A stretch of 64,000 bases of DNA, taken from assembly GCA_012026655.1 (NCBI GenBank), contig JAAILG010000178.1, positions 62,001-126,000 of the forward strand, written 5' to 3'. The translations under genes were made by a program, and so were the position numbers. Each line of letters opens with the position of its first letter. Within the stretch, counting starts at the first letter, position 1. Below, piece by piece: positions 1 through 12,600 of this stretch. Source of the DNA: Hydrolagus affinis. Lineage: Eukaryota. The notes below the pieces were generated by a model, which saw nothing but the letters and a program-made list of their open reading frames with translations, was not told the DNA's origin and did no database searches.

Positions 1-80
1 TCACCACCCCCTCCCCACACCCCACCCACCCCTCTCTCTCCTCTCCGTGGCTGGCTGGGTGGGTGGCCTTGACTACCTAC

Positions 81-382
81 TCGTCGTGACCTTTGCAGAG
101 GTAGAAGAGGAGCCTCCAGGCCTGGATGGCCGACAGGACCAGGGCCAAGAGGACGACGAAACTGGTGAAGCCGCAGGAGGAGGTGGGTCCCCACTCCTCC
201 ACCACGAAGCGTTGCCTCTCTATCGTGGCGTTCACGTCCTGCCACATGCCGCGGGTGAAGAGCGGGCATCTCCCCTGGAACTGCCGACCGTTCTCCCACA
301 GCGGCACCACCACCACCAAACCAGACAGGAAAGCCAGGAAATACAGCAGGCACTGGACCCACACCACATTGTTCAGCCCCAT
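81..382 (-). CDS. TMEM179: Transmembrane protein 179 family, coding exon 1 (gene continues off the left edge)
   Basis: Translates as MGLNNVVWVQCLLYFLAFLSGLVVVVPLWENGRQFQGRCPLFTRGMW...VEEWGPTSSCGF...QAWRLLFYLCKGHD, matching the TMEM179 N-terminus as I recall it (MALNN..QC..YFLAFL..VVVVPL.EN...F.GRC.LFT.GMW). Kozak context ACCACCATGG. Phase-2 donor GA|GTAGGT at 81/80. Paralog identity not tested. Confidence 0.88.
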
Positions 383-508
383 GGTGGTTATTCTGTCTCT
401 GTCTCTCTCTCTGTCTCTGTCCATCGGTCAGGACCAGACCCTTAATTAACCCTAACCCCCAGCCTTCAACCTCACCATCACAGACACACTGAAGCCCCCA
501 GCCCTGCA

Positions 509-606
509 CCACACACACACTCACACATTCACTCACACACACGCCTGCGCGCATACAATCACACACACACACACTCTCTCTCTCTCTCACACACACATAC
601 ACACAG
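509..606. repeat. Compound (CA)n/(CT)n microsatellite upstream of the TMEM179 start
   Basis: Directly visible. Confidence 0.9.
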
Positions 607-1096
607 ATTCACTCCCTGATGCTGAGTGCCTGTCTATGTTAAGCAGCCACCCATCCCTGACTGTGGGCAGCCTAGGTCTTTCTCTATTGACAAACTGTTC
701 CCCTTTTGTTTCCCCCTCCCCTCCTCTCCTCTCCTCCACCCCCCCCCCCCAAATATTAATAATCATTTTTTTTTTGCATAATTTTTTGTAATGTTGTCGT
801 TATTGGTGGGCACGATGGTCTGTTTCAGTGCTCTGTGTTATGTGTGCACATGTATATTTTCCCTGAAGGTCTGCAGGAAGGGTTCAGTGTAATGTTACTT
901 TTCAACATCAACAACAGCGTGCATTTATATGGTGTCTTCATGTGGGGGTAGCGTCTCGGGGCACGTGAAATGTAATCCATGATCTGTACTGCAGCCTGTT
1001 ATTGGAAGATTATTATGATGATGATGATGATGGCTTCATTTCAGAATATCCAGCCTCAGAGCCCAGCTCGGTGATACCAACGGCTCCAAGTCATTG

Positions 1097-1403
1097 TAAT
1101 AATAATCCTTGCATTTGAAATAGCGCTTTTCCACATCTTCTGGAAGTTTCAAAGCACTTTGCAGAATATTCTGTAAAGTGAGTTGAATGTATATAAGTGT
1201 GGGCGAAACGCTGCAGCCAATTGTGCACAGCAGTGTCCCAGAAACAGTTACGGATTGAAATTTTCCATTTTAAGTTTTTTTTGAGAGATTATTATTAGGC
1301 ATGTGGAGCAAGGAAACTTGCCCAAGGATTTGCCCTGCCTGGAATTGAACCCAGGTTCTCTCGTTTGTAAGGCAAATGCTCGAACTACTGAGTTAAAGGA
1401 CTC
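1097..1403 (-). mobile_element. tRNA-derived SINE with Deu-like body, full length
   Basis: Reverse complement has A/B boxes, the TGGGACACTGCTGTGCACAATTGGCTGC body and a ..AAATGCAAGG(ATT)n tail; near-identical to the other copies. Confidence 0.85.
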
Positions 1404-2184
1404 TATGGGATTATTGCTTAGCATCCGGGAAATAATAAGCCATAGGCTGTTTGTCTAATGTATACAATATTTATTCTGTCCTCTACGATTTCACAATTTT
1501 AAAGTAAAGTTTTAATTATCCCTGCATTTGATATTTAGCACCTCATCACATTTTAAATTATGAAGTTTAAACCTTTTACCTTAGGAAACACAACACACCA
1601 TCCCTCAGCACAACCCAAATATTCCTTGGACCAAACCTTAAGAAAAATGGGAGGAACCAGTGATAAAAGTACAATTTCATGTCATTTTCATGACCTTTCA
1701 TGTCATTTTCAAGTGAAATCATTTTAGTTTGTCTAGTTATTGCTGTGGAAAAAAACATGTCAACTATTATTTACACCAGAATAGATCTGTTTCCTCTCAG
1801 GTTGGACCTCTTTTCAGACCGGAAACTTGTCAGCTCTATAATTACCAAACCCAAGGAACTGTCCTGGTGCTCTATTAAGCTACTGATCCAGCTAACCTGA
1901 AATAATCCAAGTGTTCACTGCATCCACTCATTCAATCTACTGTCGGTACAGACAATATTAAAATCAGTGGTTGTCAGAATTCTGACAACATTTTTGCAAT
2001 GTAGCAAATATGTATGTGTTCAGATTGAAGGCGTATTGTTATATGCTAACCGACAGTTTAAAGTTAAGATGATAATGATACTGTTAAAGAATTGACTGCA
2101 TTACTTGGCCAAAGTAATCAGTTCACACAACTCTTGCATTTCGAACAGCATTTACAATTTTACCAACGTTGAAACCATTCGGCC

Positions 2185-2290
2185 ACACAATATACAGTCA
2201 CTTCACTTTATACTTTACCACAAAGCGCTTTGGGATGTCTCGAAGACATGATAAGGCACTATATCAAATGCAAGGATTATTATTATTATA
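2185..2290 (+). mobile_element. SINE 3' fragment
   Basis: AAAGCGCTTTGGGATGTC...CTATATCAAATGCAAGGATTATTATT tail. Confidence 0.7.
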
Positions 2291-3488
2291 ATAATTACAC
2301 AAGCTTCTTCTTTGCTATGCTATAAGGACAGTGTATAATCCATCACCACTATTGTGGCAAACGGTCCTTGAATATGTGTGTTAAAGATAACTGTTACAGC
2401 AAGCAAATTAAATCGGCTACATTGTCAATGGATTAGCAAATAAAACTGGTAACAAGTTCGCAGCAGATGCAGAATTATGCTATAGGCACTATCTGGTTTA
2501 TGAAAGAGTAAATTTCTGTGCTGCCAAGTGCATAAGGATTAACTGTTGCAACTACTTATCTGAAAGTAAGGCACCGTAAAATAAACACAGCTTCAATTTA
2601 TATGATTCTAATGACTAAACGTAGCAGCTAAATGATTACATTTCACTGTAATAAAATAAGTAAAGCTAAAACAAAATGAATTTGATTAGTCTTATTCCAA
2701 TTTCCATTTTACCACATAAAACTGCCCAGAATTCTGCACTAACGGTGGCTGATTCAGGAAGTGGAAAGATTCTGCTCGACACGTTCTCCTGAGAATAGAC
2801 TGTTAGATATTGCTTTGTAAAGAATGCTTAAGAAGCTAACAATGTTTCCCGTCCCATGCAGCAATGATATTAACCACTTTGATGAATATAAACATACCAC
2901 TTTGTTAAAAACAAACAAATAATAACTGAAGTGAATGAACTAAATAATTTACACATAACCGGTTGCAAGTGTAGACCAAAATCTTGGTGAAAGTGTTGAA
3001 CAATAAAATTGATTTAAAAAAATATATTATCAAAGTGTACAAGATGTGTAACACGACAAACAATTTGTTCAAAGTTTCCAAGCAGGTCACCGGCCAGTGC
3101 AAGGGCTTTGAGTGACCATTGGGGAGCGAAACCAGTGTGATTTGCGTCCACCCACTTTGTGTTGCATGTGTGCAAGTCGCATTGCTTATGGAACCTTCAA
3201 ATAGTGGGATTTGGACTGCCCCAGCCTGCTTGAGTGCTACATTTGTTGGCAAATCCACATAAAAATTGCTGCCATAAGTAGCCAAGCGTGAAATAGAAAC
3301 ACACCAGTAAAAGGTAAAATTCTCAATCACTAAATGTGCTTTTATGAAAATTTAGCAGACTTTTCTAAAGGAAACAACCAATGAGAAATATACATAGTGA
3401 GTGAGTAAAATTGTTGGACTTCTGATTGCTTGACAGTTCACATGATGTAGCAACAACTCGATGTTGGTGTCATTAGCAGTTTAGTTCT

Positions 3489-3644
3489 TCACTGTTGAGT
3501 CTGAAGCTCTTTCTTTTTTCTGATAATTTTGGCAACATCATTCTTCAGTTTACCCAAACAAGTTTCCAGCTCTCCTCCCAACTCTTTGATCAGCTCAGTT
3601 CTTTCATTTGCAAAGAACCTCAAGGAATGAATATGACCCTCGTC
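3489..3644 (-). CDS. KIF28: KIF28-like exon 24, terminal ([15 protein letters not shown]...KKELQTQQ*)
   Basis: TTTTAG acceptor, 156 nt ending in TGA at 3491-3489. Confidence 0.82.
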   Translation of the reverse strand, partial: DEGHIHSLRFFANERTELIKELGGELETCLGKLKNDVAKIIRKKKELQTQQ

Positions 3645-6600
3645 CTAAAATCAAAGCAAACAAGGAACTCTGATTAACCAACCTCACCAAAAGGTTTTTA
3701 CGTTGTGTGGTATGTGTGTCTGGAAAAGCCTTCCAGAACACTGACCTATGTTCAAACCCATCAGAATGACAGAAGCAATTGAGTGCAAATGTAGTTCTGC
3801 ACTAGAAAAAGATAAAGTAGCATGTGTCTGAATTAAATAAAAGATCTGAATAAAATTAACAGCAAATATGCGTACAGAAATAAAACAATTTAAAGGCTTG
3901 ATGGAAAGAACATTTCCCATTAGTTTGTGGAGCTTCAAAAGGAAACTTCAAAACTCCAGTCTTGCTTGGTGCTTGTTAATCTTGATGCATCGCCTTTAAT
4001 TTCCCTACTCTGGAAAGTGGGGTAGCAAACCTCCACAGGTTGTGACTTCATGAGTTGCCCATGTAAGGCTAAAATAATAATTTGACTGGGGCTGTGAAGA
4101 ATTCTAAACAATGAAGAGTCATCCATTGGCAGAATTTCCTGGAATTCTGTGCCATTTACACACACCAAATACACTATCTAGAGGAAAGCCCCATTTTCAA
4201 ACACTCTCAAGATGGAACCTCGTGTTTAATTAGATTGCTGAAATAACTTTTTTTCCCTTTGTTTTTGGACCTCTTCATCATATGTATACCTTCACTATTT
4301 TCTGTTCCAATATGCAATACAGTACTTTACACTTGTTTTAATTGTATCTTAGGCTTCTATCAGGAATATTATTCCATATACAGGTGTATTAGTCAATAGT
4401 ATTTTTAGTGCAATGAATGTTTCATATTATTATCTTTAGATTGTATTTATTTGAATAACTATTTTTGCCAAAAGCATTTTTGCCAACCTGAAATTATTCT
4501 TTTCAATGTCTTTTTTTCCATGAAGAGAAGACATTGGGACTTCAAGCAGTTCAGGTTTGCAATCAAGCCTATGACACAAGGGCAGTAATAAGATGCAATG
4601 AATTCTCTCTTACCAGTGGCCTGATCTCATTCAGATGGATCAGTCTCCCTCTCACTCCATTCATGCTGAAGTAGAACGCCTTGAGTGCTTTTGCAAACTC
4701 AGCATCCCAGTTGGGAAAGGGTGACCTCAGGTTGGATCTATCGTCAGTTAATTTTGCTGCATTCTTGCATGCAACTGAGGGCACAGATTTAAGGTAATCA
4801 CAAAAGGAATTAAAATGGGAGCTTGTAAACATAAAATCTTTTCTCAGAGAGCAGTTGGGACTACAATTCTCTACCACAAACTATTGTCGGGCAGAGATCA
4901 TAAATTATTCAAAAAGTGAATTACAGCAGATTGATACTCAGAAAAAAGAGGATTGTGAAAGAGTACGGTGACCAAGCAATAGAGTGGGATTAGATTAGAT
5001 TACTCAAGAAGAGAAACACTCTAGTACATTCATGATGGTCAAATAACCCTGTTTCTGTCCTGTAATATTCTGAGATTCTGTAATGAAAAATTAAGATTTG
5101 ATTGAGTGCAAAGGAATGAGTAAAAGATCCAGCAGCGGGCAAAGCACAGCATAGCAGGCAACTGACACTAACTGCTGCTATCGTGGTCTGAGGCCAGTCT
5201 TCTCAGCTCCCCTGCTTTCTCTCTCATATCAAAATTATCGCTTTTCAAGATTTGATTTGCTTCTCTCAAGTCCGCAGTTTCCTGCTCCAGCATTTCGAGT
5301 TGCTTGGATAGTTTGAGTCTGTGCTCTTCATAATCCTGCATTGGTACAGACAGCAAAATATTTCAACGCATTGGATTGTCTGGGATTATTACCCTCACTG
5401 GCCTTTCATTTGCAGGAAAAGAAGCAAATCATTGATGGTATGGATGCAACAGTGGGCAACACACCTACTTTGTATTAAACAATGAATTCAACATACCAGT
5501 GGCACAGATGACTGTTGGTTCCTGTAGCACAAATCTAGTATAACACTTCCATCACTTGAGAGTGGAATGTCATCAAATATTGTATCCATTTCTTGGCAGC
5601 CTTCTGACATATAACATAATGATTGTTTGTCGTCTATTAGTTTTGTGCAAATACACTCTCACCCAGAAATATTTCATTTTAAAGAGGCAATAAAACTTCA
5701 TGAAAAGAAACTTGATAAAAGAATGGGATAAAACTTGCAGTGTTCATTAATCCATTGCTGTAATTAATTGAGGATCACTGTAAAATGTACCCAAATATAC
5801 ATGAAAATCTCAGAAATATGTTAACTGAAAATTCTTCATCAAAGTGTTTTTGTCTCGACAAAAAGATCCAACGACTCTTTTGATAAAGTAATTGGAGTGA
5901 GCATTCCCAGTAGCAAATCTCACTGCGACAGCCAATGCACATACCTTGGAGGCCCCATAGTTGCAGCACCAGGGCGTGGGTTTTCAGATAGCTGAGGAAA
6001 TCGGTGGTAACATGTTGAACAGTGAAGCGTATTGAATAATCCAGATCAGGATTTGCATTACTCCAGGCAGCGGGGGTGTAGAATACTGTAGGAAGGCCAT
6101 ACAGCACAAATCTACAACACATAAATCATTACACGACCATTTGGGGAGATGCCAGTGAGGAACTTGATATTCAATCAATGATGTTATGAATGAATATCAA
6201 TGCTTATATGCACAGTTAAATCTGATGCTTTGTAAATTTTGTGATGGTTTGTAAGAGAGATAGACAGACATTTGGATATTAGAGGTATTCAGAAGTATGG
6301 TAAGATGCGGGCATTCAAATGAAAATATCTGCTAAAATTCAATAAATTGATAGAACAGTCTTGATGGACTGAATGGCCTTATCCTGTTCTATGCTGAAAT
6401 AGGTTTCTACTTGCGAGTGATTTATATTTGCAGATCTAAAATATATAGATTTATATTTACTATTATTGCAGAAAGTATATCTACATCAAAATTGTTACAA
6501 TGGCAGTTTCTTCCAAATTTCTATTTATGCAATTTAAACATTAACCTTTCTTCACACACAGTTCAGTGTGATAAGCAGCAAATCAACATGACAGAAGAGA

Positions 6601-9600
6601 AAAAAGCTACAGTGATTTTCAAAGCAGCAAGACTGGAGTTTTTTGGGAATCTGCTCCTAAACCCAGTGTGAATGTTGAAAATAATTTCAACTGAAAGCAG
6701 AGATTCAAATAGAAGCTGGATTTACAAAGAATAACAGAGGTGAATTCCTGGATTTAAAGCACTATCATGGTCTTAAGAAGAGTGATCTTAAAGAGTTATT
6801 GTTAGTCTTTTGCTCATTCCATGATTCCTAACATCCTTAAACAATTCTTAAAATAGTTTAAAAGTAGATACATAGATACTAGCTACAATAATAAACAAGC
6901 TAACAGTAATTAAATTATAAGCGATGTGCATTATTGATACACCTCAACAGTTCAGCGCTTACTGATGGAAGCCACATCGTTTGCAGTTCAGATTGAATTT
7001 GGGTTGGGCCTTTAGTGAACAGACCAGAAGAGGAACTTGCACGTGAAAATGATCAATGGGGGAACAATGGTGGACTTCCATGAAACAAATAACATCTCCC
7101 AGTTTTCTATAGTTATCACTGTGCCTTTAGAAGGCCAAGTGAAAGAGCGCATCGTGATGCCAACAGCTTGAGTCTGCTGTTGAGTCAGCCCGGCTAATTG
7201 GATTGAAACCTCAGGTGTTCTGAGCCATTTGTAATGCCCCTGGTGGTTTGAGATAAAAGCTGGGATTTCTCACCCAATTTGAACTCCTCTGCTGCTGTTC
7301 TCGCGGATCCACCTCACTCCCAAACACAGACTAATCTGCATTTGAAAGTCCATGCGTTTCCCCAGAAGATTATCAGGATCAACAACGACAGATTCCTCTC
7401 CCAGTGGACTAAACAAAGAGTACACACAGCAAATTAGTTGCCGTTCCTCCTGTAATTGCAGCTTTTCTCAAGGTGTTCACGTTCAAGACACTGCAAACTG
7501 TGTTCTCTCCACCCATATTGTTGTAAAAATTGTGCTCAATAGAAATATGTTGTTGTATCACAGGCATCTTATTCACAGAAAACATAAAGAATTATAGAAT
7601 TGTACACAGTCCACTACAGAATCACAAATTTACAATTTTATATATATATATACTGTACTGTGTATCTATATATATATATATCTACATATACATACTGGGT
7701 ATGTGCTCCATGTTCTTGTGATGAATCAATTTGTTTGTTTGATTTACTAGCTGGCAGAAAGTGACATTTTGCCCAAATGGGGAGAAAATTTACTCCATTA
7801 ATGTAGAATTATTAGAATTTGGCAAATTGTTGAATTCAGTTGTAACCTACAAAAACACTTCAAGGTGAATGATCTTAATGTTGAAGCTATAATTTAGAAT
7901 TTGCCAAATTCTGGATGGACTCTCTAAAATGCTATAAAGACTATATCCACACCCTGTTGGAATTTCTCCACCGAATGGCCATAAGTACAATGTCAGCTCA
8001 ACCTCTGTTACTGTGCCTTGAGCTTGGAATTTGGGTAACCATCAATTGATTGACTGCAATATTATTCTCACTAAATATAACCTGTAGCTCAGTGGTTAGA
8101 GCACTTGCCTTACAAGCGCGAGACCTGGGTTCAATTCCAGGCAGGGCAAAACCTTGAGCAAGTTTCCTTACCCCACATGCCTGATAATAATCCCTCAAGA
8201 AAAAAAAATGGTAATTTCAATCCACGACTATTTGTGGGACACTGCTGTGCACAATTGGCTGCTATGGTTTCGCCCACAAATTTACAGTCAATTCACTTTA
8301 CAGTATATTCTGTGAAGCACTTTGAGACGTCTAGAAGATGTGAAAAGTGCTATCTCAAATGCAAGGATTATTGATATCATTTATCCACATAACAATATCA
8401 AGCAATCATTTATATTGCTTCATATTTGCTGTGCGCAAATGCACTGCCATATTTTCCTACAAAGTACAATCACTACACTTACAGTAAATCCTGCCTAGTA
8501 CTTTAACATATCCTCACAATGTGAAAGGCCCTGTATCAAATACAAGGATTATTATTGCTTCATAACTAGTGGCTATATAATTTTATAAACATATTTTCAA
8601 TTTTGAATTTGGCTCAGCATCCACAAACATCTTAATTTGTCAGAAATGAAAATTGAAACAACAAAATATAAGGCAACATGAAACATGCAGCCGAACAGCC
8701 AAATGTGAAAATAAAAATAGTCTCTAGTTATCATTATGACACGTATGAAGGGCTATGAACACGTCCACAGCTACAAATTTCTACCAAGTGAATACTTAGT
8801 TTGCCCTGAATACACATTTACTATATTTATAGCATACATTCACATTATCCTCTCGTTCTCACACAGCTGCTCTTATGTGGGTTCATAATTTAATCGTATT
8901 TTTATGTAAATAGTTGAGAACCTTATAAATCTACAGCATATGTTTTGTACAAATATAGGAATAGTGCTTTTATGGCCCTCCGACTCACCCCATCCCTCCT
9001 CTCAATAAAGGCATGTCTCCAAACGTACAATTCTTCTTTGACCATGTTTCCTTTCACCTTCCACTGCCCTCACCCTCCTCACAGCTCCCACACTTGGCTT
9101 GGGAGACCAGCCAGCATCGTCAAGCAGTTTGCAACATCTTCCTGATGTGAAAGTTTTAACTAAGTTTAAACTGTATTATATTACTGTGGTGGGGTTTGAT
9201 CATTAGCAATGTCCTGCAGAAGGCAATGGGTGTGATGGCAGGCAGTGTTCTAAGGAAAGACACTGATTTTTTTTTCCCTTATAATGAACTGCTGGGTTTT
9301 GAAGTGCCAAATAAAAACAATTTGTCATCCTCTCAATCCACCTGGCCTTTTAAATTTCTTAATTTGGATTCAGGAGATCTAATTTTTTTCCCAGTTGTTT
9401 ATTTCTGCAGACAACACATGATTAGAGTCATATCTAAGCTTGCTCAGGCACTCTCATGAGAGAGTCCTGACCAGTTATGTCCCAATTTCTATTTATAAGA
9501 AAGATATTTTCTTTCATCCAAAGCATATTTCTCTAATAATTCATACATCGTGCATGAGGCTGTATTTAAAACATAGTGTGCAAATTTGGGCTTCCTACTT

Positions 9601-12600
9601 TCAGAAGGGCATTGCTGCATTTGAGATGGATAAGAGAAGTGTGGGGTCTTGAGTTTAGTGAGAGACGTGCAGAACTGAACTTATTGGAGTTCAATAAGAG
9701 GGGAATTGTGACAGAGATATTTTAAACAATGAGAGGTTGAAATGATATAGATGTAAGCAATCATCTGACTCAAATGAAAATGCAGAGCCGGAGGATATGG
9801 GTTCAACCATGAACATGCCTCAAACAAGATGTTACTTTCAGATGTTATTTTAAGTCACGAGCAGTGTAAATGTACAGTGTACAGACTGGCAGAAAAGCAA
9901 TTGATGCTGTTATGATTAAGTCTAAATATTTGTTTGGAGTAGCACTGAAGGTTAAATGGATAGTTCTTGCTGAAATAATAATAATGCATCCATTTGATAT
10001 GGATTATCATGTCTTCGAGATGTGCTTATATTTCCACTTCAATATTCCTACTATTTTTTTTAAAAAAGGTTAAATTATTCACTTAACTTGAGTTAGCGCT
10101 GTTACAAATATGAATTGATGATTGGAAGCTTACTCTCCACTGGGAGTGCAGGGCAGCAGCTTGATCTGAATCACTGCTTCTTCCTTTCCTCGATAGTTAT
10201 TTATGTCCACCTGATCTTCAAAGGTCATACAGTAGGCCAAAGGTTCCAGCCACACGTGAGCACTGCAATACATTCACATAAGGAGCAGAAACACACACTG
10301 GGAACAAGAATAATGCAAGCAAAAATGGCTATTAACTATTTCACTGCTGGAAGCGGTTTGTCAGTTTTAACCATGCAATGCTGAAGATCTAAACAGTCTA
10401 TAAATATTGGGATTTCTACAATTGATGGGGTTAAAGAAGAAATAAACAAAAATGTTAACTAGTAAACATAACAGTAAACAGATGGTAAAAAGGGACTCAA
10501 TTCGGATTCTCACTGATGTACCTTCCAAGGTGCAACGACTCGACAGGGTCCCAGAACACGTCTTCTTCCAGATCAGTCTGGGTTTCTCCATTTTCCACAA
10601 AATGTTGATAAACTTCTTCAATCAAAGGCATTCGATCGGTGAACTTGTCCAGTAACCAGACTTCAACCTTGAAATAAACCAACTGTTGGTTCCATCACAT
10701 AAACACACAGAAACACGTACACCACACAAACACACATGCATACATACGCTCACTGAACACAATCTGGTCTTTTCATATTTCTAACATGTTCTTTGTTTTG
10801 TCTGACACTATTCAAATCACACATTCTAGCTGAAGGAAGAGATGTTATCAGTGTGATATTGGGGGGTCTAACATACCCCTAAGCAATAACACTAGTAAAT
10901 TGGGAAATCCCATACTAAACATGCATTGAAAGGTTCACTGGTGTTAACTTGTGATATGTGCCAGATCCCATTGAGACGTTAACCCTACATCCATGATTTA
11001 GTTGGACTGCAGTAATGTGAATGGAGTTTGTTGCTTCTTGAAAAGACAAGCAAGTTTCTTCCATTATCCCAAATAAAATTGATCATTGACTACATGTTTC
11101 ATTGTGGGACCTAGCTGTGGCAAATGACCAATTAGTCATTAGATTTACAGTAAATTTTGTGTAGTCCTTTGAGGTGTCCTCCCAATGTGAAAGCCATTAT
11201 ATCAAATGTAAAGATCATCATCATTATTATTATTGGACGTATTCATTTATACTGAGCTGCCTTACCTGTTTAGTTAGTTTGTTTGTTACCTTCACAATAA
11301 TTTCTTTTTCCAACTCCTCTCCCTTAGCATCAGTCAGTGCCAAGTTTTTTACCTCTGGTTCAAAGATAACACCCTTTGAAAGGATAGAAACAGGGTGGTA
11401 ATTGTTAATGCATTTAATTGCTACCCCTGTGCCTTTCATCTTTTCTCTCTTCATCAGTATGTCACCCCAAACCCCATATAAAATGTCAGATAAGTGAGCT
11501 TCTTCCAGACATTTGCTAATGCCATTCTGTAACTGGCTGCTAGGAGACGGGACATAATTTTTCCTGAGAAAAATTGTTATGTTGAGCTTTTCTCCTCCAA
11601 AAGACAATGTTTTTGATAATAACTTGGCACATCCCCTATGATCACCTAACTAATATAGGGAGTTACCTGGAAATGTCCCCATGTATGGAATGGAAACGCA
11701 CACTCTCCCTGGAGACATACCCAGCTTACCTAAATTCTGGAGAGTACGAGGCACTCGGTTGGCAAGAGCCAAGCCTTGGAGATCCCGGAGGGGTTACTGC
11801 TGGAGCTTTACCAGCTAAAAATCAAATAGCCTGCCACTGAAAACTGTACGGACAAGCTTTCAGTGTTTGCCATATATCTTTGTCCAACTAGGATCACTTG
11901 AGCCAGCTTGGCCTGGTTAACAGGAGACCAGTAGGAGCAATCCTTGCCCTCAGTGATGTGTCATTGTAAATTGTCTGAGTTTAGTGTTCCGAATCAGCCC
12001 CAGATTCATCTCTGGGGCAGGTTTTGTTCCTAAGCTGAGTTCCTTGATGCTCCCCGTGGTATTAATAAGGAAAGTGCACTTAATCTACCCGCGCAGATTT
12101 GATTAATAAGCTCTCACTCGTACACCAGGTTTTAGCATAATCATGGCATTAACAAATTAGAGTCAAAGGCCCTTTCTGAAATGATAACAAGAAATGAACA
12201 AATGTACCTTGTTAAGTTCCTCACTTATTTGGTTTGCCCAAGCCACTGACGGCATGATTGAGATAAAATCCTGGACAATTCTTGTCAAATTAGGATCCAG
12301 ATTTCCTTTCTGCTTTTCACCTGCCACTGAAAAAAATGGGAGGCATTTATTCTGTTGATAGATAAAAGCAATTATTCAACCAATAATGAAAAAAACAAGA
12401 AAACAGAGAACATGTGAAAAGATAATTGATATCTACAACCAGTGGAAAATTAAATACAAAAACGTAGCTTTGCTCCATGCTCATTAGCTGGTTAAAGCCA
12501 GGAAGTTCAGAAATATTTAAACAACTTTAAAGATTTAGATTAAAAATAAAACATTGGGTATTCAAAAGGATTTGATTTGGTGCACAGCTCATGACATGAA

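Noticed and set aside
383-424. N-terminal extension MDRDRERDRDRITT
   Set aside because: Translation of a (GA/CA) microsatellite in the probable 5' UTR. The ATG at 382 has a strong Kozak context and matches the family start.
47-449. Plus-strand ORFs 47..445 and 126..449
   Set aside because: Antisense shadows of the GC-rich TMEM179 exon
8081-8160. tRNA-Val(TAC) gene (also 44860-44935 and 63646-63720)
   Set aside because: No proper acceptor stem, and it runs directly into a SINE body; these are SINE heads
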